From Anthoceros angustus (Eukaryota; Plantae; Anthocerotophyta): DNA of 64,000 nucleotides. The DNA lies in NCBI GenBank assembly GCA_010909165.1, contig VJWM01000103.1, forward strand, positions 434,001 through 498,000, written 5' to 3'. The notes under the pieces were generated by a model. The model worked only from the letters and a program-made list of their open reading frames with translations. It searched no databases and was not told the origin of the DNA. How positions within the stretch are numbered: position 1 is the stretch's first letter; the number at the start of each line of letters is the position of its first letter. The position numbers and the translations under genes were made by a program. This document shows positions 1-12,323 of the stretch, piece by piece.

Positions 1-3000
1 GAAGCGGCCGACCAGCAGCCACCACCATCACTCCTACCGAGGAGCCCCGCCGACTGTGAGGGAGCCAAGAGACGCAAGACCACTTACCAACGCTGCACCC
101 CTGGGCCGGTGCCAAGATTCTCCCGCCCACGAGTGGCAAGAAGCGAGGAAGCGTGAAGGAGGGCGTAAAGGGACGCGCCTGTGGAGCGGAGGACACCGGC
201 AGCACCCCAGAGCCGGGTCCTGCCACCGTGAAGGGGCAAAGGCTTGCTCCTGACTCTCACCTCCTCCGAGCCTGTGGAGGAAAAGGGCGAGAAGGAGCTC
301 GCGCAAAAGGGCCAAGGAGGGGAAGCTCCGAGCAAAGACTCGTGACCTAAGGGTCCCGATTAGGTCCGAGAACCCACCGACTCCCGGACAGCGGTATGGA
401 GGTCCTGACTGAGATGCCGCCCCGCCACGGACTTTGTGGGAGCCTCACTCAGCCGGAAGAAACACGGCGGTCCTGCTACCGCCATGGACGGTGCCTGGGT
501 CTGTAAGGGATGGCCGAGAAGACCTGTGAGGTAGAAGCCACCCGAGGCGCATGGTACTCTCCGTGAGCAGCTGGAGGGAGCCCAGTGAGGCGAGAAGGAA
601 GGCCAAGCTCGGATTGAGGAGGAAACGCCGGAGGCGGAGAGGGAGGTCCGTCCATCCGCAAGGACCGGACAAATTCCTTCACCGAGGAACAAAGGCACAA
701 GGAGGCCCAAGCGCTGGCGGAGGACCTCGCAGCAGAGGGGCGAGCGCAGCAGAAGCGAGGACGCCCGGGCGCAGCGTAACGGGCGCGGATCCGGTGGAGG
801 CATGACGACCAGAGCCGAGAGGCTCGTGAAGGTGGCCAAGGAGGCGGAGGCCACGGAGGCCGATCGCGATCACTATCGGCGTGATCGAACCGTGGAGGGA
901 GGCGGCCGAGAGCCACGCCAATCAAGGCCGAGCAGGTCATGAGCAAGCACGACAAGCCGCAAACACTGAGGCCAAGACCGGAAATCGGGGACCCTGGCGC
1001 AATGCAAGAGAAGGGAGGCGCAGGAGTTGGAGGACAAGAAGGACACCTTGGAGTTACAACCCAAGACGCTGAGCAGCAAGGAATTCTCAATGGGAGAATC
1101 CAGACTTCGAGCAGAGATAGAGCGCCTCAAGATGGAGCAGGAGGTGGCGAGCAAGCGCGACCAACCAGCCCAAGAAGTCGCCAAGGAGGTGGAGGATCTC
1201 CGCACTCCCGGAGGTGGAGCAGCGGAGATGGAGGACCGCAAGGAGACTTTGAGCCGCAGCCAAACTATCATTGAGAGGAATGGTAGCAGGACATGGTCGC
1301 GAACGCGACCGAGCGGAGCCCGCCCGCTGGCGGACGAGTCGAAGGCGATGGAACAGGAGCAGGACGCCGCCGAGATGGAAAAGGGCTGAAGCCCGCAGCC
1401 GGGCTGCGGCCCGACCGTCTGAGCGGAGATGGCGAGTTAATGAATGGACAAGGAGGCGAGGGCGCCTGGAAGAAGCCGGTCCACCGAGGAAGTCGAAGGG
1501 AACGCTGCTATGGCGGTGCAAGCCGGCAGCGAACGGAAACGGAGAGAGTTGGAGCAAGGGAGCAACAATGATCATGGAGGTGACCGAGGCACTGGCACCA
1601 TGAGAAGCAGCCCGCCTATCCAACCGGGAGGTGGAGCAACAAGCAACAGCCTCCCGAGCATCTATGGCGAAGGGAGACGGTGCTCCGCACACGGAAGAGG
1701 CAATCCAAAGTGGATTCGGACTTTGCCTATTACCACACCGAGCTCTGGTGAGGCCTCACGCCACAGACGGCCCGGAAGGCCCTGAGGGGAAGAAGGGCAC
1801 GGAGATGACAGGACCCTAGGGGCCCCTGCTTGGAGACGACGGCCAAGGAGGGGAGCCCTGAGGAGCGGGACGCAATGGACCCCAAGGTAAGTTCACCACC
1901 ACCCGATCCGGCCAGGGGGTGAGGGGCCCGCAGGGGTGCAACCGGGGAGCCAACCCGACCAAGACAAGGGTGGGTAAGGAGGAGGACCCAAAGACGAGGT
2001 CCATGTGAAGGGGGTCCGAGTTTGAGATCGGACTCATGCACGGACCGAGGTCCGAACTCGAGACGAGGCCGACCCAAATGGGACGGAAATAAACCGACCT
2101 TGGAGTTCAGTTCGAGTCGAGACCGACTCGAGGTCCGACCCGGCAAGAAGGAGGAGTCCCTCTCGACTTACGCTTAGGGGAGCGACATGGCCCCACCGGA
2201 GGGGACCCACGGAAGGCTGTGGGAGGATGACGCGGTAACGGGCGGCCGCCGACCGCCGAGCCCAACCCGATGTGATTCCGGGAGAAAGGAGGGGTCTACG
2301 CGGATCATCCGATTGGGTGCGCCCGCAATTGTCGTGGCGGAGATTGGACCACCAATCCCAAGGCGGAACCCGGGACCTTCCCATCCCCACCGCCGGCGAA
2401 GGAGATAGGAGGAGGGAAATAGGATGGTAGGCGGCGATTAGGCATACCGAGCTGGCCACCGTAATAGGTGTAATAAAGACGCCGACCTAGGCGTAGTATA
2501 AGAGGGGGGCCGCCCTCGAATAAATCATCTTTCCTTGGTGTTGATGCTGCGTTTTGCACTCGGTGTCTTCCCCGATAACGTGAGTCCCGAGTCACCGAAA
2601 GGTGCACGATGCGACCGGAGGGATCGATCGGTCCCGTGACGGACCTAACGTGTGGTGTGGGTGTGCAGTGGTGATCGGGGACCCGCTCGCCCGAGCCGAC
2701 CCAAGAACGGACCGGAACGTGAGCCGGAGGGACTTTGAGGGCGGCGGCGCCCGACGAGAGAGGCCCGGAACGACGAGGAGGTCCGGACCGTAACCCGCAA
2801 GGCCTTCCTTAAGACCGATAAGTGTAGTGTGAGAGAGGAGGATTTAGAGGTGTGAGAGACGAACGGAACGGAACGGACGCGAACGGTCTCTTAAACGCTT
2901 GGCCATACTACCGGCGTGTGTTTGTCGCGGTAGTTAGACGTGGAACTAAGGGGTGTGTGCGTTAGGACCGAGTGACGTAGTAAGACGAAAATCAAACGTC

Positions 3001-3050
3001 AGAACGGAGTCTGCTATTCCTTTGGGAACGAACTCTTCCCTACAACGACA
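1..3050. mobile_element. Terminal part of a long LTR-type insertion (ends ...TACAACGACA) with degenerate + strand coiled-coil ORFs, inserted in Gypsy gag
   Basis: Purine-rich frameshifted ORFs (e.g. 1027-1389 ESRLRAEIERLKMEQE), then non-coding sequence ending in CA at 3050; gag zinc-knuckle coding starts abruptly afterwards. The other end is outside the window. Confidence 0.5.
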
Positions 3051-3240
3051 CGGATTGTGCGCGCCTGGCCGCCGAAGAAAGTCGCACCACAAGACAGTCA
3101 GCCGCTTATCAAAATGTGGCGTGTGCCGTGGTGCAGCCGTGCATATAAGTCATTTGAATGTGACTTCGCACTGGAGGCCAAGGGCAAGGAGGTTTGCAAG
3201 GCTTGTGGTCGATGGGGCCACATAGAAGCCGTGATGTTGG
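3051..3240 (+). pseudogene. gag: Gypsy gag C-terminus, two CCHC zinc knuckles
   Basis: KCGVCRGA..HKSFEC and VCKACGRWGHIEA..C across frameshifts. Confidence 0.7.
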
Positions 3241-3719
3241 GAGGCTCATCCAGAGCTCAAGCCCAAGGTAATGGGCAAGTGAAAAGGAGAAGGGCAAAAG
3301 GCCCTAGTCGCAAGGCTCTTCTTGCAAGTTGAAGAGATGCGTATGGCTAACATGGCTGCAGTCGAGTCACCATTCTCTTCTCTCGACTGATGAAGAAGGC
3401 ATGGCTATTCGCAAGAAGAAGAAGGCCGACTTGACCTGGAGAAGGGGTTACCGCCAAGGACACGTCGGAGCAGCAAAAATGCCCAAAGCTTTTAGGCAAG
3501 TTGATGATAATATCACAGTGCCGCTTCTAACCCGAGGTGGATGGAAGCACTGGAGAAGGCCATGGAAGTTCCTGTGGTCAATTTGCTGGAGCTTGGACTC
3601 AAGAGTTCACATTTCAAGAAGATCATGAGAGAATGGATCAGGAAAGAGATAGAATCGAGAAGTCCAGTTCGCAGTCTGATGTGCCTGCGAGGAGACCATC
3701 TGAAGCCTGAACGTCGAGG

Positions 3720-4135
3720 TAAAGGAGGTGTTGCCATGATTGACAACAAAAACCGGGAGATTACCTTTGTTTGCACCAACGACGTGGATACGGAGCGATC
3801 CAAGATTGTTGGGAGCTCGTGCACAGCCGCCTCAAGTCGTATGGCGCAAGCTAGTACCAAGCGATGTGAGCATCACTACTTCGGCAGGAACGAAGGAGAT
3901 GGTGATGGGAATGACCAGGAGACCGATCAAGATCGAGTTGAAGCCAGGCACAGAGGATGCAACCACAATGGAGGTACAATGCTTGGTGACCTGTGCCACG
4001 TCCTATGATGTGTTGTTAGGGGCGGATGCTACACATGGTCCTGCCATGGGAGTTGATCCACTATATGAAGAAGCCTTCTATCGACCACCGTGGAAGCAAG
4101 GGGATTTCTCGCGAATTGCGACTATTCCTCTGAAC
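3720..4135 (+). pseudogene. Retropepsin-like aspartic protease of Gypsy pol (catalytic DxG region degenerate)
   Basis: SITTSAGTKEMVMG..IKIELKPGT..CLVTCATSYDVLLG resembles the C-terminal half of retroviral proteases; position directly after gag. Confidence 0.65.
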
Positions 4136-4489
4136 ATGAGCAAAAGTGGCAGAAGGAATGCCAAGGCGGTGAAGGATGTCAGCAAGCCGCGAGATGGCCC
4201 AGATAGCAGGATGGCTTCCAGTGCTCAAATTGAGCACAGGCACGAGATGTGGGAGGAGACAGAGGAATTATCCTCTCAGGAGACACCGAAACCCGCAGAG
4301 CGGAAGGGAGTGCTGAAGATTGCGCGCTCTGAGCACCTTGAGGAGGCAAGGGTTCGAGAAAATCAGCGCCGAAAGGAGAATCGCCCGTGGAATCTCACTG
4401 ACACATGTCCAGAGAGATCCATATCAAACATGAAGCCCGCCAAGACGGAGGGAAGGCGAATCAATGATTCGGTAGTACGATGGAGAGCA

Positions 4490-5370
4490 AGCTCTGAAGG
4501 AATTCACCTGTTAGAATTATGCTCAGGAATCAGCAGTGGATTGGAGGCGGTGCTTCAATGTGGCATCAAGGTTTGCAGCTACACCTGTGTGGAGAAGGAC
4601 GAGAAGAGTCGTGGCCGTGAATTCTCAAAGCAATTTCCATCTCTAAGAGAAGACGCAGTGAGAGGTTGTCGGTGCTACCCACGGATCAAGCTTGTGGAAG
4701 GAAACAAAGCCCGCCTGCCCAAAGGATATGATCATCGCAGATGGGAGTGTAAGACCTTCTCGAAGTGTGAAGAGGAAAGGCGAAGGTGTTTCCCTGCCGA
4801 GGTCGCTGGGTTGTCGTGAGGTTCAACTTGTGAATCCCGATGCTGGTACATACCGGAAAACGGTGTGGAGCGTTGGACAAACGCCCACCGCCGTAACACC
4901 GCATGTATGAGGAGGTCCGATCATGGTTCGCAATGAGCTGGTTATTGATGCGCGCAGTGGCTCTTACGCATGTGATTCGCAGCTATTGGACCAATGTTGC
5001 GGTGACTTGAGACACCGAGGCAACATGTACTCATGGTTCCACCACGAAGACCGTGAAATCATGGAACCGAAAGGTACTCGCAAAGAAGTCAAGAAGATGG
5101 ACAAACTTCCGCTTTATCCAAAGGAATGAGTTGGTGAAGCTGTGGAGGGCATGGCCGACTTTGGTAAGCACGCCACAATCTTGATTCAAAGCGAGGAGGA
5201 GATGGCATGATCCTAGACTCAAGGGAGAGGAGCTAGGAGAGCTCAATGTTGAGGAACGCGAAGCCATGGGTTTGCCAAGAAGCACGCACCATGGGTGTGA
5301 GTGAGGCATCACAACGTTGCCGACAGCATTCGATCCAAATTAAGGTGGTTAGTGAGCACTGGATTGGCAT
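4490..5370 (+). pseudogene. C5 cytosine DNA methyltransferase catalytic domain (DNMT3-like) inside Gypsy pol
   Basis: Ordered motifs: I LLELCSGISSGLEA (4508-4549); II YTCVEKD; IV DMIIA(G)WEC.TFS (Cys 4748-4750); VI YIPENGV (~4847-4867); VIII VIDAR.GSYA..RSYWTN (~4940-4995); IX ELNVEER.AMG (~5240-5270); X Q.AFD..LRW (~5323-5349). Motif I is in the same ORF (3740-4819) as the protease. Confidence 0.85.
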
Positions 5371-5519
5371 TTCAGTTGGCAAGAGGTGAAGGGAAGAAGA
5401 GCCATCACTTGCAGCTAGCAGAAGATGGAAAGCCGGCAGAGGCAGATAAAAGGGAAGGAACCCGAGACACGTTCAGCATGGCTGCTGTGGAGACAGAATT
5501 TGTAACCAAGAGTGTCACC

Positions 5520-5916
5520 AAGGAGGTTCACGTCTGGAAGATTGATGAAGATGTCAGTCCAGAGGACAAGCAAAAAATCATCGACATGCTCGAGAAAAAT
5601 AGAGGTGCTTTTGTATTCAGTTGGAATGAGCTAGGGAGGTACGAAAAGATCAAGTTCAAGATTGTTACCACCAGCTCTGAGCCCATCTTCAGGAGAAGGC
5701 ATAGGTTGAGTCCAGCAGAGGGAGATTGTGACAAGCATTGTCGGAGTCGCTTGAAGCGTTGATTCGAAAATTGAGTTCGAGTATGCCGCAACGCCTCCCA
5801 CCCAAGAAGGACGAAATGGCGAGTGGAAAGATAGGCGAATGTGTGACTATCGACCTCCTCAACGAGGTGACGCCTGGAGCAGACCCCATGCCTACTCAAG
5901 ATGAGATTTTGATGCA
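5520..5916 (+). pseudogene. Gypsy RT N-terminal part
   Basis: WKIDEDVSPEDKQKIIDML..EPIFRRRHRLSPAE..PKKD..RMC.DYR.LNEVT..PMPTQDEI(F)DA. Confidence 0.85.
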
Positions 5917-8900
5917 CCAGTGGAAGACCACATATACACTAACCCTCTCTCAAGTGTCGGATGAACGATTTTTTTTGTTTTGGGAGTGTTTGTATAGCAA
6001 AGTGCTTTGAGAATCGCCTGGTAAGGTCTTTTATACGAGAATGGTCCTTGGCCCTTGGGATAATAATTTTCTTTTTTGAACCTTAGGTTTTTCGAATTTT
6101 GATAGGTAGGCTGAGATAGAGTCCTTGGGTTTTGGTGATTTTAGAAATAAGAAAGTGTCTATATATGTTAGGGTGCCTACATCTGCGCATCAAGCGGAGG
6201 TAGCCGCCCACCACGGTGGTCAAGAACGGACGCATGCACTGGGGAGTTACAACCCTAGTGGCGAGCGGCCGCCATGGAGCGCAATCGAGACGGACACAGA
6301 CCGCGAGGTCGCGAATTTCCGGCTGTGCCGGAGCGAGCCGCAGCCGCGGCGCGATGCAACCGGCCGAGTCTCGCTCAGGCAGGACGACGCGCGCTACCGT
6401 ATGAACGGCGGTGGCGGAGGAAGGAAACCAGTGGGCGGCAGCGAAGGAGGAAAAGAGACGCTGAGGCAAGAGCGCCAAAGGGGGAGTGGAGGAGACGCGC
6501 GAGGGTGGTGTCCCTTTTTCACCACAGGAGGGTCGGGTTCTTTCCTCAAGAAACAAGGAGAAAGGGAGATGGCGCCGCGCCAAATTACTCATGCAAAGGG
6601 CCCAACATGGACCATGGAAGGTGAGAGCGGCACCGTGCAGGAGCCGGGTCCGGAATTTATGGAGAAGAAATGGTGTTAGTACCAAAGATTGGTGCAAGAG
6701 TGCGCCCGCAATTGAGAACCAAGTTGCAAGAGGGAGACGCGAGGAAGAGGCCGCAAAACTGGATTTGGGACTTTTCGAGCAGGTATGGGCGAGAAGCATC
6801 GAGGATGGAAGCTTGGTAATTGACCCCGAGAAAGAAGACCCCGAGAGCCGCAGGCCGCGCATGAAGCCTGGAAGTGAGAGTGAACAATGGATGGGTGACT
6901 CGCCAACTCGTGTTCGCATGGGGATTAGCCAAGTGGATTTTGTGTTTCGCAATCGAAGTTGGATCATATGGCGCACTACTCGGTCTTTCTTCATGAGGTG
7001 GTTAAAGGTACACAAATCGATTGGGGCGGATGATCTTTGAAAGAGCCTGTGAGGAGAGGGCAATTTGCCTCCCTTCCTCGGCCCTCCTTGATTTCACCTT
7101 TTCTAATTCATGTGTTCGACCCGTGTCTAACGGAAGTCGGTCCGCCTTCATAGCCGGAAACCGGCCGGGAACTCAAGGTAGAGGAGGAGGAGTGGAGGAT
7201 TCCGGAAGGATTCCAGCAGGGAATGCGCCTCCCTAGAAGATCTCGGATGAAGGTGGGGAGGTTTCCAAGGGCAAGAAGTGAGGGCGAGCAGAACGGGGTC
7301 ACAAGAAGGAAGGACAGCAGAAGAGGAACCCACAGCCACACCTAGGGTCACCAGTCGAACCAGCAGGAACGCGAGTGAAGGAGGAGAAAATAAAAGGGAA
7401 CGACAAGTTGTTCCCCTCAGTGGGGAGGAGTCGCCGCTAGGAGAGATTGGAGCGGATGAGGAAGTAGTGGCAAACCAACCCCTAGAAGAAGAGGGGTTAG
7501 TTTCGATAGCCAAGTCCGCGAGAGCTGAACATTTTTGGCGACATTTCACCGACCGTCCGGGAGGCGGAGACAGTGACACCGCGGCGTAGAATTGTTGTGG
7601 AAGGGAATGGGCACGGGGCAGCCCAATTGAATCGCAGCCCCGACTCGCCATGGCTCGACGCAGCGATCTCCTCGACTCAGCATGGCTCTCACCGGCCGAG
7701 TGTGCACAGAAAAGTTGCTCAAGGAGAAGTTGGAGAGCCCGAAGGCAGAACAAGGTGGTGAGGAGCGCAGACGGAATGCGAGGCGGCCCTATGCAAGGCA
7801 CAGAGCGAAGGGCCATGTCCACCCAACAGAGGCCTTAGTGAATCAGTCAAGGGGCGATGCCACAATCGAGGAGTTTCAAGATGAGGTCTCGAGCCTGAAC
7901 AAATGGAAACAATGGCGCCCGAGAAATTCAAGAAGTCAAGGAGAGATATAAGCGAGAGAGATGAAGCTAGGGCCGAGTCAAGAGAGAGGTGGCCAAACCA
8001 AGAAGGGCAGAGCCAAAGAACCGCAGAGCCAAGCCACCACCGTGCTACCACCACGGTGGCTAAACCGCCACCGCCGAAGGAGGAACCGAGGGGGGAAGTC
8101 ACCGGCTGTGAGCCGCAGTGGGGATACGATCCGGATTCAAGGCACCGCCTGTGATTGTCCACGGAGGAGAGGGTAAGAACCTCAGAGTCAAGAGCGACAG
8201 TTACGGCTGGATGAGGATGCCCTCTGTCGCTCGCATGGTGAGCGGTCACCTAAATGTGTATGTGGTTGTTGGGACAGAGGGGCGTAAACTATTGGCACAT
8301 CTTGACCACCGCGCTGCTGGTTCTTCCGAACGGGAGCGGGGCCTACCCCCAAGTGGTGATCGAGGAAATGAGCGGGCGGAGCGTGGAGGAGGAGCACACG
8401 GTGGCTGCCCAAATGAGGAGCGGAATAATGCATAGGGCCTATAGACGCACGACGCCATGGAAGACGCCAAGAAACCGCAGTGCATGAGGTGGAGGTTTTG
8501 GGGAGAATCGCTGATGAGGCGGCAGGAGAGCGAGAGCGACGGAACCCCACCTAGCAGGCTAGGCAAAGAATCATGACGCTACCGATTTTAGGGGAGCGCG
8601 ACATCATAGGCCGAGGCTTTTTGGGGTAGGGGATAGGATGTTTTGAGGACCCGGGAGTCAGAGTTACTCGAATTGGTAGGAGCGTGGTAGTGGGCCATAT
8701 TTTCTAGACATCGGTAGGAGTGAGCCGTGGAAATACCGAATGTATAAGAGACCCTTGAGAGTCTCTAATGCATAATTTCGGTGTGAACTTCCGTGTTGAA
8801 GCTATGCGCGAGGTTGGTTGAGACGCTCGATCAAGATCAAACTCGCTCGATGCACCGCCTCGTCACAAGAAGGCCGGAAGATCCTCGGATGGTCGAGAGC

Positions 8901-9653
8901 GAGTGGCCAAGCTCCACGCCTGGTGACGGCACCGACGACGGGAAGAGGTAGGTTGCCGAAGGTTGAGCGGATCCGGAAGGCGAATCGCCAAGCCCGACCG
9001 GGTTTTTTTCCCGATCTTCTTCCCAACTGCCACCAGCGTGTTTATTCCAAGAGGGGGTCTGTGGTGGCCAGGGGTCCGTGGCCCAAGAGGGGGGTCTGTG
9101 TGGCCCAAGGAGGGGTCTGTGGCCCCCAAGAGGGGTCTGTGGCCCAAGGTGGGGGTCCGTGAGTGAGGAGAGGGGAGAAGATTTATTAGGAAGGGAAGGT
9201 CCCAAAGGGTGGGTGAGTGCGCTGTGCGGGATTGTGCGGTGGGGAAAATCGAAATGAGGGGAGAGGAAGGGAGTGGAATCGAACTAGCGAGTGAGGCGCC
9301 AGATCGAGGTCGTGTGGTGCATAGGAAGGATCCGATCAGAAATTCGGAAGCGAAGTGAGGGTGCATGTAGTGTATGCCCATAACCCCCAAGGTCTCGGCC
9401 AGAGAAGCCGGTGACAAATAGTCACCCGCGATGAAGCGGTGGGACCCGCCATTGAACCACACATGTGGCCGAGTCTCCACGGTGGCGGTTTGGGTATGGT
9501 AGGGAGAGTAGGTAGTGATCGACGGGTAAGTCTAGAATCCATAGTTTTAGAACATCTTGACACAAAACCATTCCCTTGGGATCGAATTAGGACTATAACG
9601 ACATAGAGGGTAAATGGCCCCTTTATGCCTTCGGATGCAAAACCCATTCCACA
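5917..9653. mobile_element. ~3.7 kb insertion splitting RT; probable long solo LTR with internal degenerate ORF
   Basis: RT reads DEI(F)DA | IGKAKYFTTLD across it; termini (A)GTGGAA...TTCCACA are inverted; TATATA at ~6160, + strand ORF fragments ~6270-8570; no RT/INT/transposase seen; TSD not clean. Confidence 0.7.
9049..9160. repeat. Tandem ~21 bp repeat GAGGGGTCTGTGGCCCAAG (about 5 copies)
   Basis: Directly visible. Confidence 0.85.
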
Positions 9654-10630
9654 AATTGGTAAGGCAAAATACTTTTACCACTTTGATTACTGTGTTTCAA
9701 CTGGACATTGAGGAATGTGATAAGAGCAAAACGGCTCGGGAAAGGATAGCCTTTGGGAATGGAGACTATGCCTTCGGCTGAAAAATGCTTCCATATACTT
9801 TCCAGAATTGCACTTGGAACCGCAGGATCCGCCGCTTTGTGCGTTATATTGACATCCCGAAGCGACACCATCGAGGAACACATGGATCATCCGAGACTCA
9901 AAAGACTGTCCAAATCAGGCTTGAAAGCTCATCCGAAAAAGTGCAAATTTGCATTCAAGCAGATTGAGTATCTTGGACATGAAATTGTGCCAGGAGGAAT
10001 TATGCCGCAGTTGGCTAAGGTGCAGGCTGTGATGCAGATGCCTAGGCCCAAGGATGTGGCAGCTCTTAGAGCATTTCTAGGGTTAGTGAACTACTACAGG
10101 AGGTTTATGAAAGACCTCAGTTCCACATGCAAACCCTTATATGAGATGCTGAAGAAGGAGGTAACTTGGAAATGGGATCAAGAACAGGAGCTAGCCTGGC
10201 AAGATCTGAGAGATCAGCTGGCTGAGAAGCCCATGCTGATTAGACCAGACTTTGAGAAGCCGTTTGTTCTATATACGGATTGGAGCATTGCAGGGATAGG
10301 AGCGATCTGCTGCATCGACGGTAAGGGAATGGAACGAGTTGTGGCTTATGCAAGCCGATCCAACAATTCTGCAGAGGTAAACTACTCCTCATATGAAGGA
10401 GAGTGCCTTGCTGCAGTATGGGCAGTGTTGCATTTCAGAATTTATCTATTTGGAAGGCGTTTCCAGCTGGTGACAGATCACCAACCACTTCATTGGCTCA
10501 TGACCAATATGAAGTTGAGTGGGAAACTAGCCAGGTGGGCATTGTTGCTGTCTGAATATGACATGGAGATTGTGCATAGGGCAGGCAAGGTGCACCACAA
10601 TGCAGATGGTCTGAGTAGGAATCCACTGCA
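9654..10630 (+). pseudogene. Gypsy RT (C-terminal part) and RNase H
   Basis: MPFGLKNA across indels, LKAHPKKCKF, YLGH, LRAFLGLVNYYRRF, FVLYTDWS, VVAYASR, YEGECLAAVWAV, LVTDHQPL, LARWALLL, NADGLSR. Confidence 0.95.
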
Positions 10631-10829
10631 AAGTGCTGACGATGCTACTGGAGCGCGACAAGATTTGGGACACATGGAAAATGTGCCCAGCGCCATGGCA
10701 CTCATGGCGATCGAAGGTGAATGGAGGAGAGCCAGATCTTAGAGTCTGTGGACATCCGGAGGCATCCACAAGCTGCAGCTAAAGAAGGCACGCACTAATG
10801 AGTGCAGCCAAGCCGGTCAGAGCGAGTGG

Positions 10830-11600
10830 CCAGATACTCATGGCAGGATGGAGAACTGCTGCTGCAGGAAGGAGAGGTTGTAAAAAAGGTGCCAAGTCCT
10901 CAAGAAGAAAGACAGGATTGTGATTAAAGTGCATGAAACACTAGGTCACTTTGGTGTAAAAGGACACACCACATGTTGAAGACCACATATGTCCGGCATG
11001 TATGCGTATGTGGAAAGAGTGGTGGCTAGGCAGAAGATGTGATGCAGTTGAAGGCTGATTCAACACACAAGATGTTGTGTTGCACTCCTTACCAATCCGA
11101 GGTTTGTTCTTTAGGTGGTCGGTGGATTTGATGTCGGAACTACCGTTGACAAAACAAGGAAATCACATCAGATGGTGATGATTGAGCACTTCAAGTGGGT
11201 GGAGGTTTCACGAGGACCTCGAGATACACCGCAGCCTTCAGGCAGCCGAGTAGATTAAGTTGTGCAGGTGCTCACCGATCAAGGCAATGAATCTGAGGAG
11301 AATTTAATGCTAGTCGGATAGAAGTTTGATTGATCACGTGAGGACCGCCTAGGGATCATCCTCGTCGATGGTTTGGCCAATGGAAGCCTGCCAGGAAGTT
11401 CGCACTGCAGAGATTATGTTTACAACACGTACTCCAAGACATTAGATGTCGTAAGATTGGCCCGATTCTCGTGGTGGTAAAATGTGGGTGAGCAAGGAGT
11501 GGTGGAACTCGAAGGACGGGATGGCAGAAGGTGCAAAGAGCACATGAAACATTTAGCTCCATGTCACTTACCAAATCTTGATGTAAGAATTGTTCCTCAA
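10830..11600 (+). pseudogene. Gypsy integrase (HHCC, core, C-terminal), frameshifted and internally deleted
   Basis: VHETLGHFGV, LHSLPIRGLFFRWSVDL, MIEHF.KWVE, VLTDQG.E, then GVVELEGRDGRRCKEHMKHLAPCHLPNLD. Confidence 0.85.
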
Positions 11601-11627
11601 ACGTGGGTACCACCAGCGGACTTGCCC

Positions 11628-11761
11628 TGTGAGGCATGCGGGCACACCACGGATGAAGAGCTTATGCTCTTATTGACAGGTGCAACAGAGGCTATCATAT
11701 TTTCTGTCTCACACCTGCATTAAAAGATATTCCGGAAGGGAATTGGCTATGTGAACACTGT
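11628..11761 (+). other. PHD finger (C4HC3) at integrase C-terminus
   Basis: CEAC..DEELMLL(C)DRCNRGYHIFCLTPALKDIPEGNWLCEHC, with one 2-nt deletion at the third Cys. Confidence 0.9.
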
Positions 11762-12323
11762 GATTCAACAAGTTTGCATGCAGCCATGGCTCTATCTATC
11801 GAGAGTAATGAAGAAGAAGTACGCTCTGAGACAGAGTTGAGAGTAACACTCCAAGACAACCTGTTGGAATGGGTACAAGAGAGCAGAATGACAAAGCGGA
11901 GTTGAAAGAGGAAAGTTTGTGGAGCGTATCTTGACAACAGAATTCCTTGTTGCCAAGGGTAGAAGCGCCAACAAGCAGCTCACGGGGGGGTTGCTATTCT
12001 TGAAGAGTGTTCTTCCCAGGAATCACTTACTAGTTTGTGGTTACAGCAATTGCCCAGTTCCTCTGAGGAATTTCGTGACGCCAAGGCCAGCAGTGTGGAA
12101 GAAAGCACGACGCCAGAAGATCACTTGTCAGCACAAACCGAGGAGTCTCCCACCGGGGCTCAACAAACCATGAGCAGCAAGTGCTTGCTTTCACTGCTGC
12201 AGCGTAGTCCGTTGTTGGATGGATCGTATGACGAATCATATGCGAAAGCGGGGGCACACCACACAAGCCCTAGCACCAATTAGCGAAGAAGGTGCAGTGG
12301 TATTTGGGTGTGAAACACCCAAC

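Noticed and set aside
4490-5370. Bacterial restriction-modification methylase, contamination, or host DNMT gene
   Set aside because: In frame with the retroviral protease, directly followed by RT, no introns or partner nuclease, embedded in plant genomic context.
1-9600. Numerous minus-strand Ser/Pro/Leu-rich ORFs, and similar overlaps at 27.3-28 kb and 55.6-56.7 kb
   Set aside because: Shadow frames of GC- or purine-rich sense coding sequence.
11762-12000. Chromodomain after integrase
   Set aside because: No Y.VKW.G-type motif seen; the PHD occupies this position.
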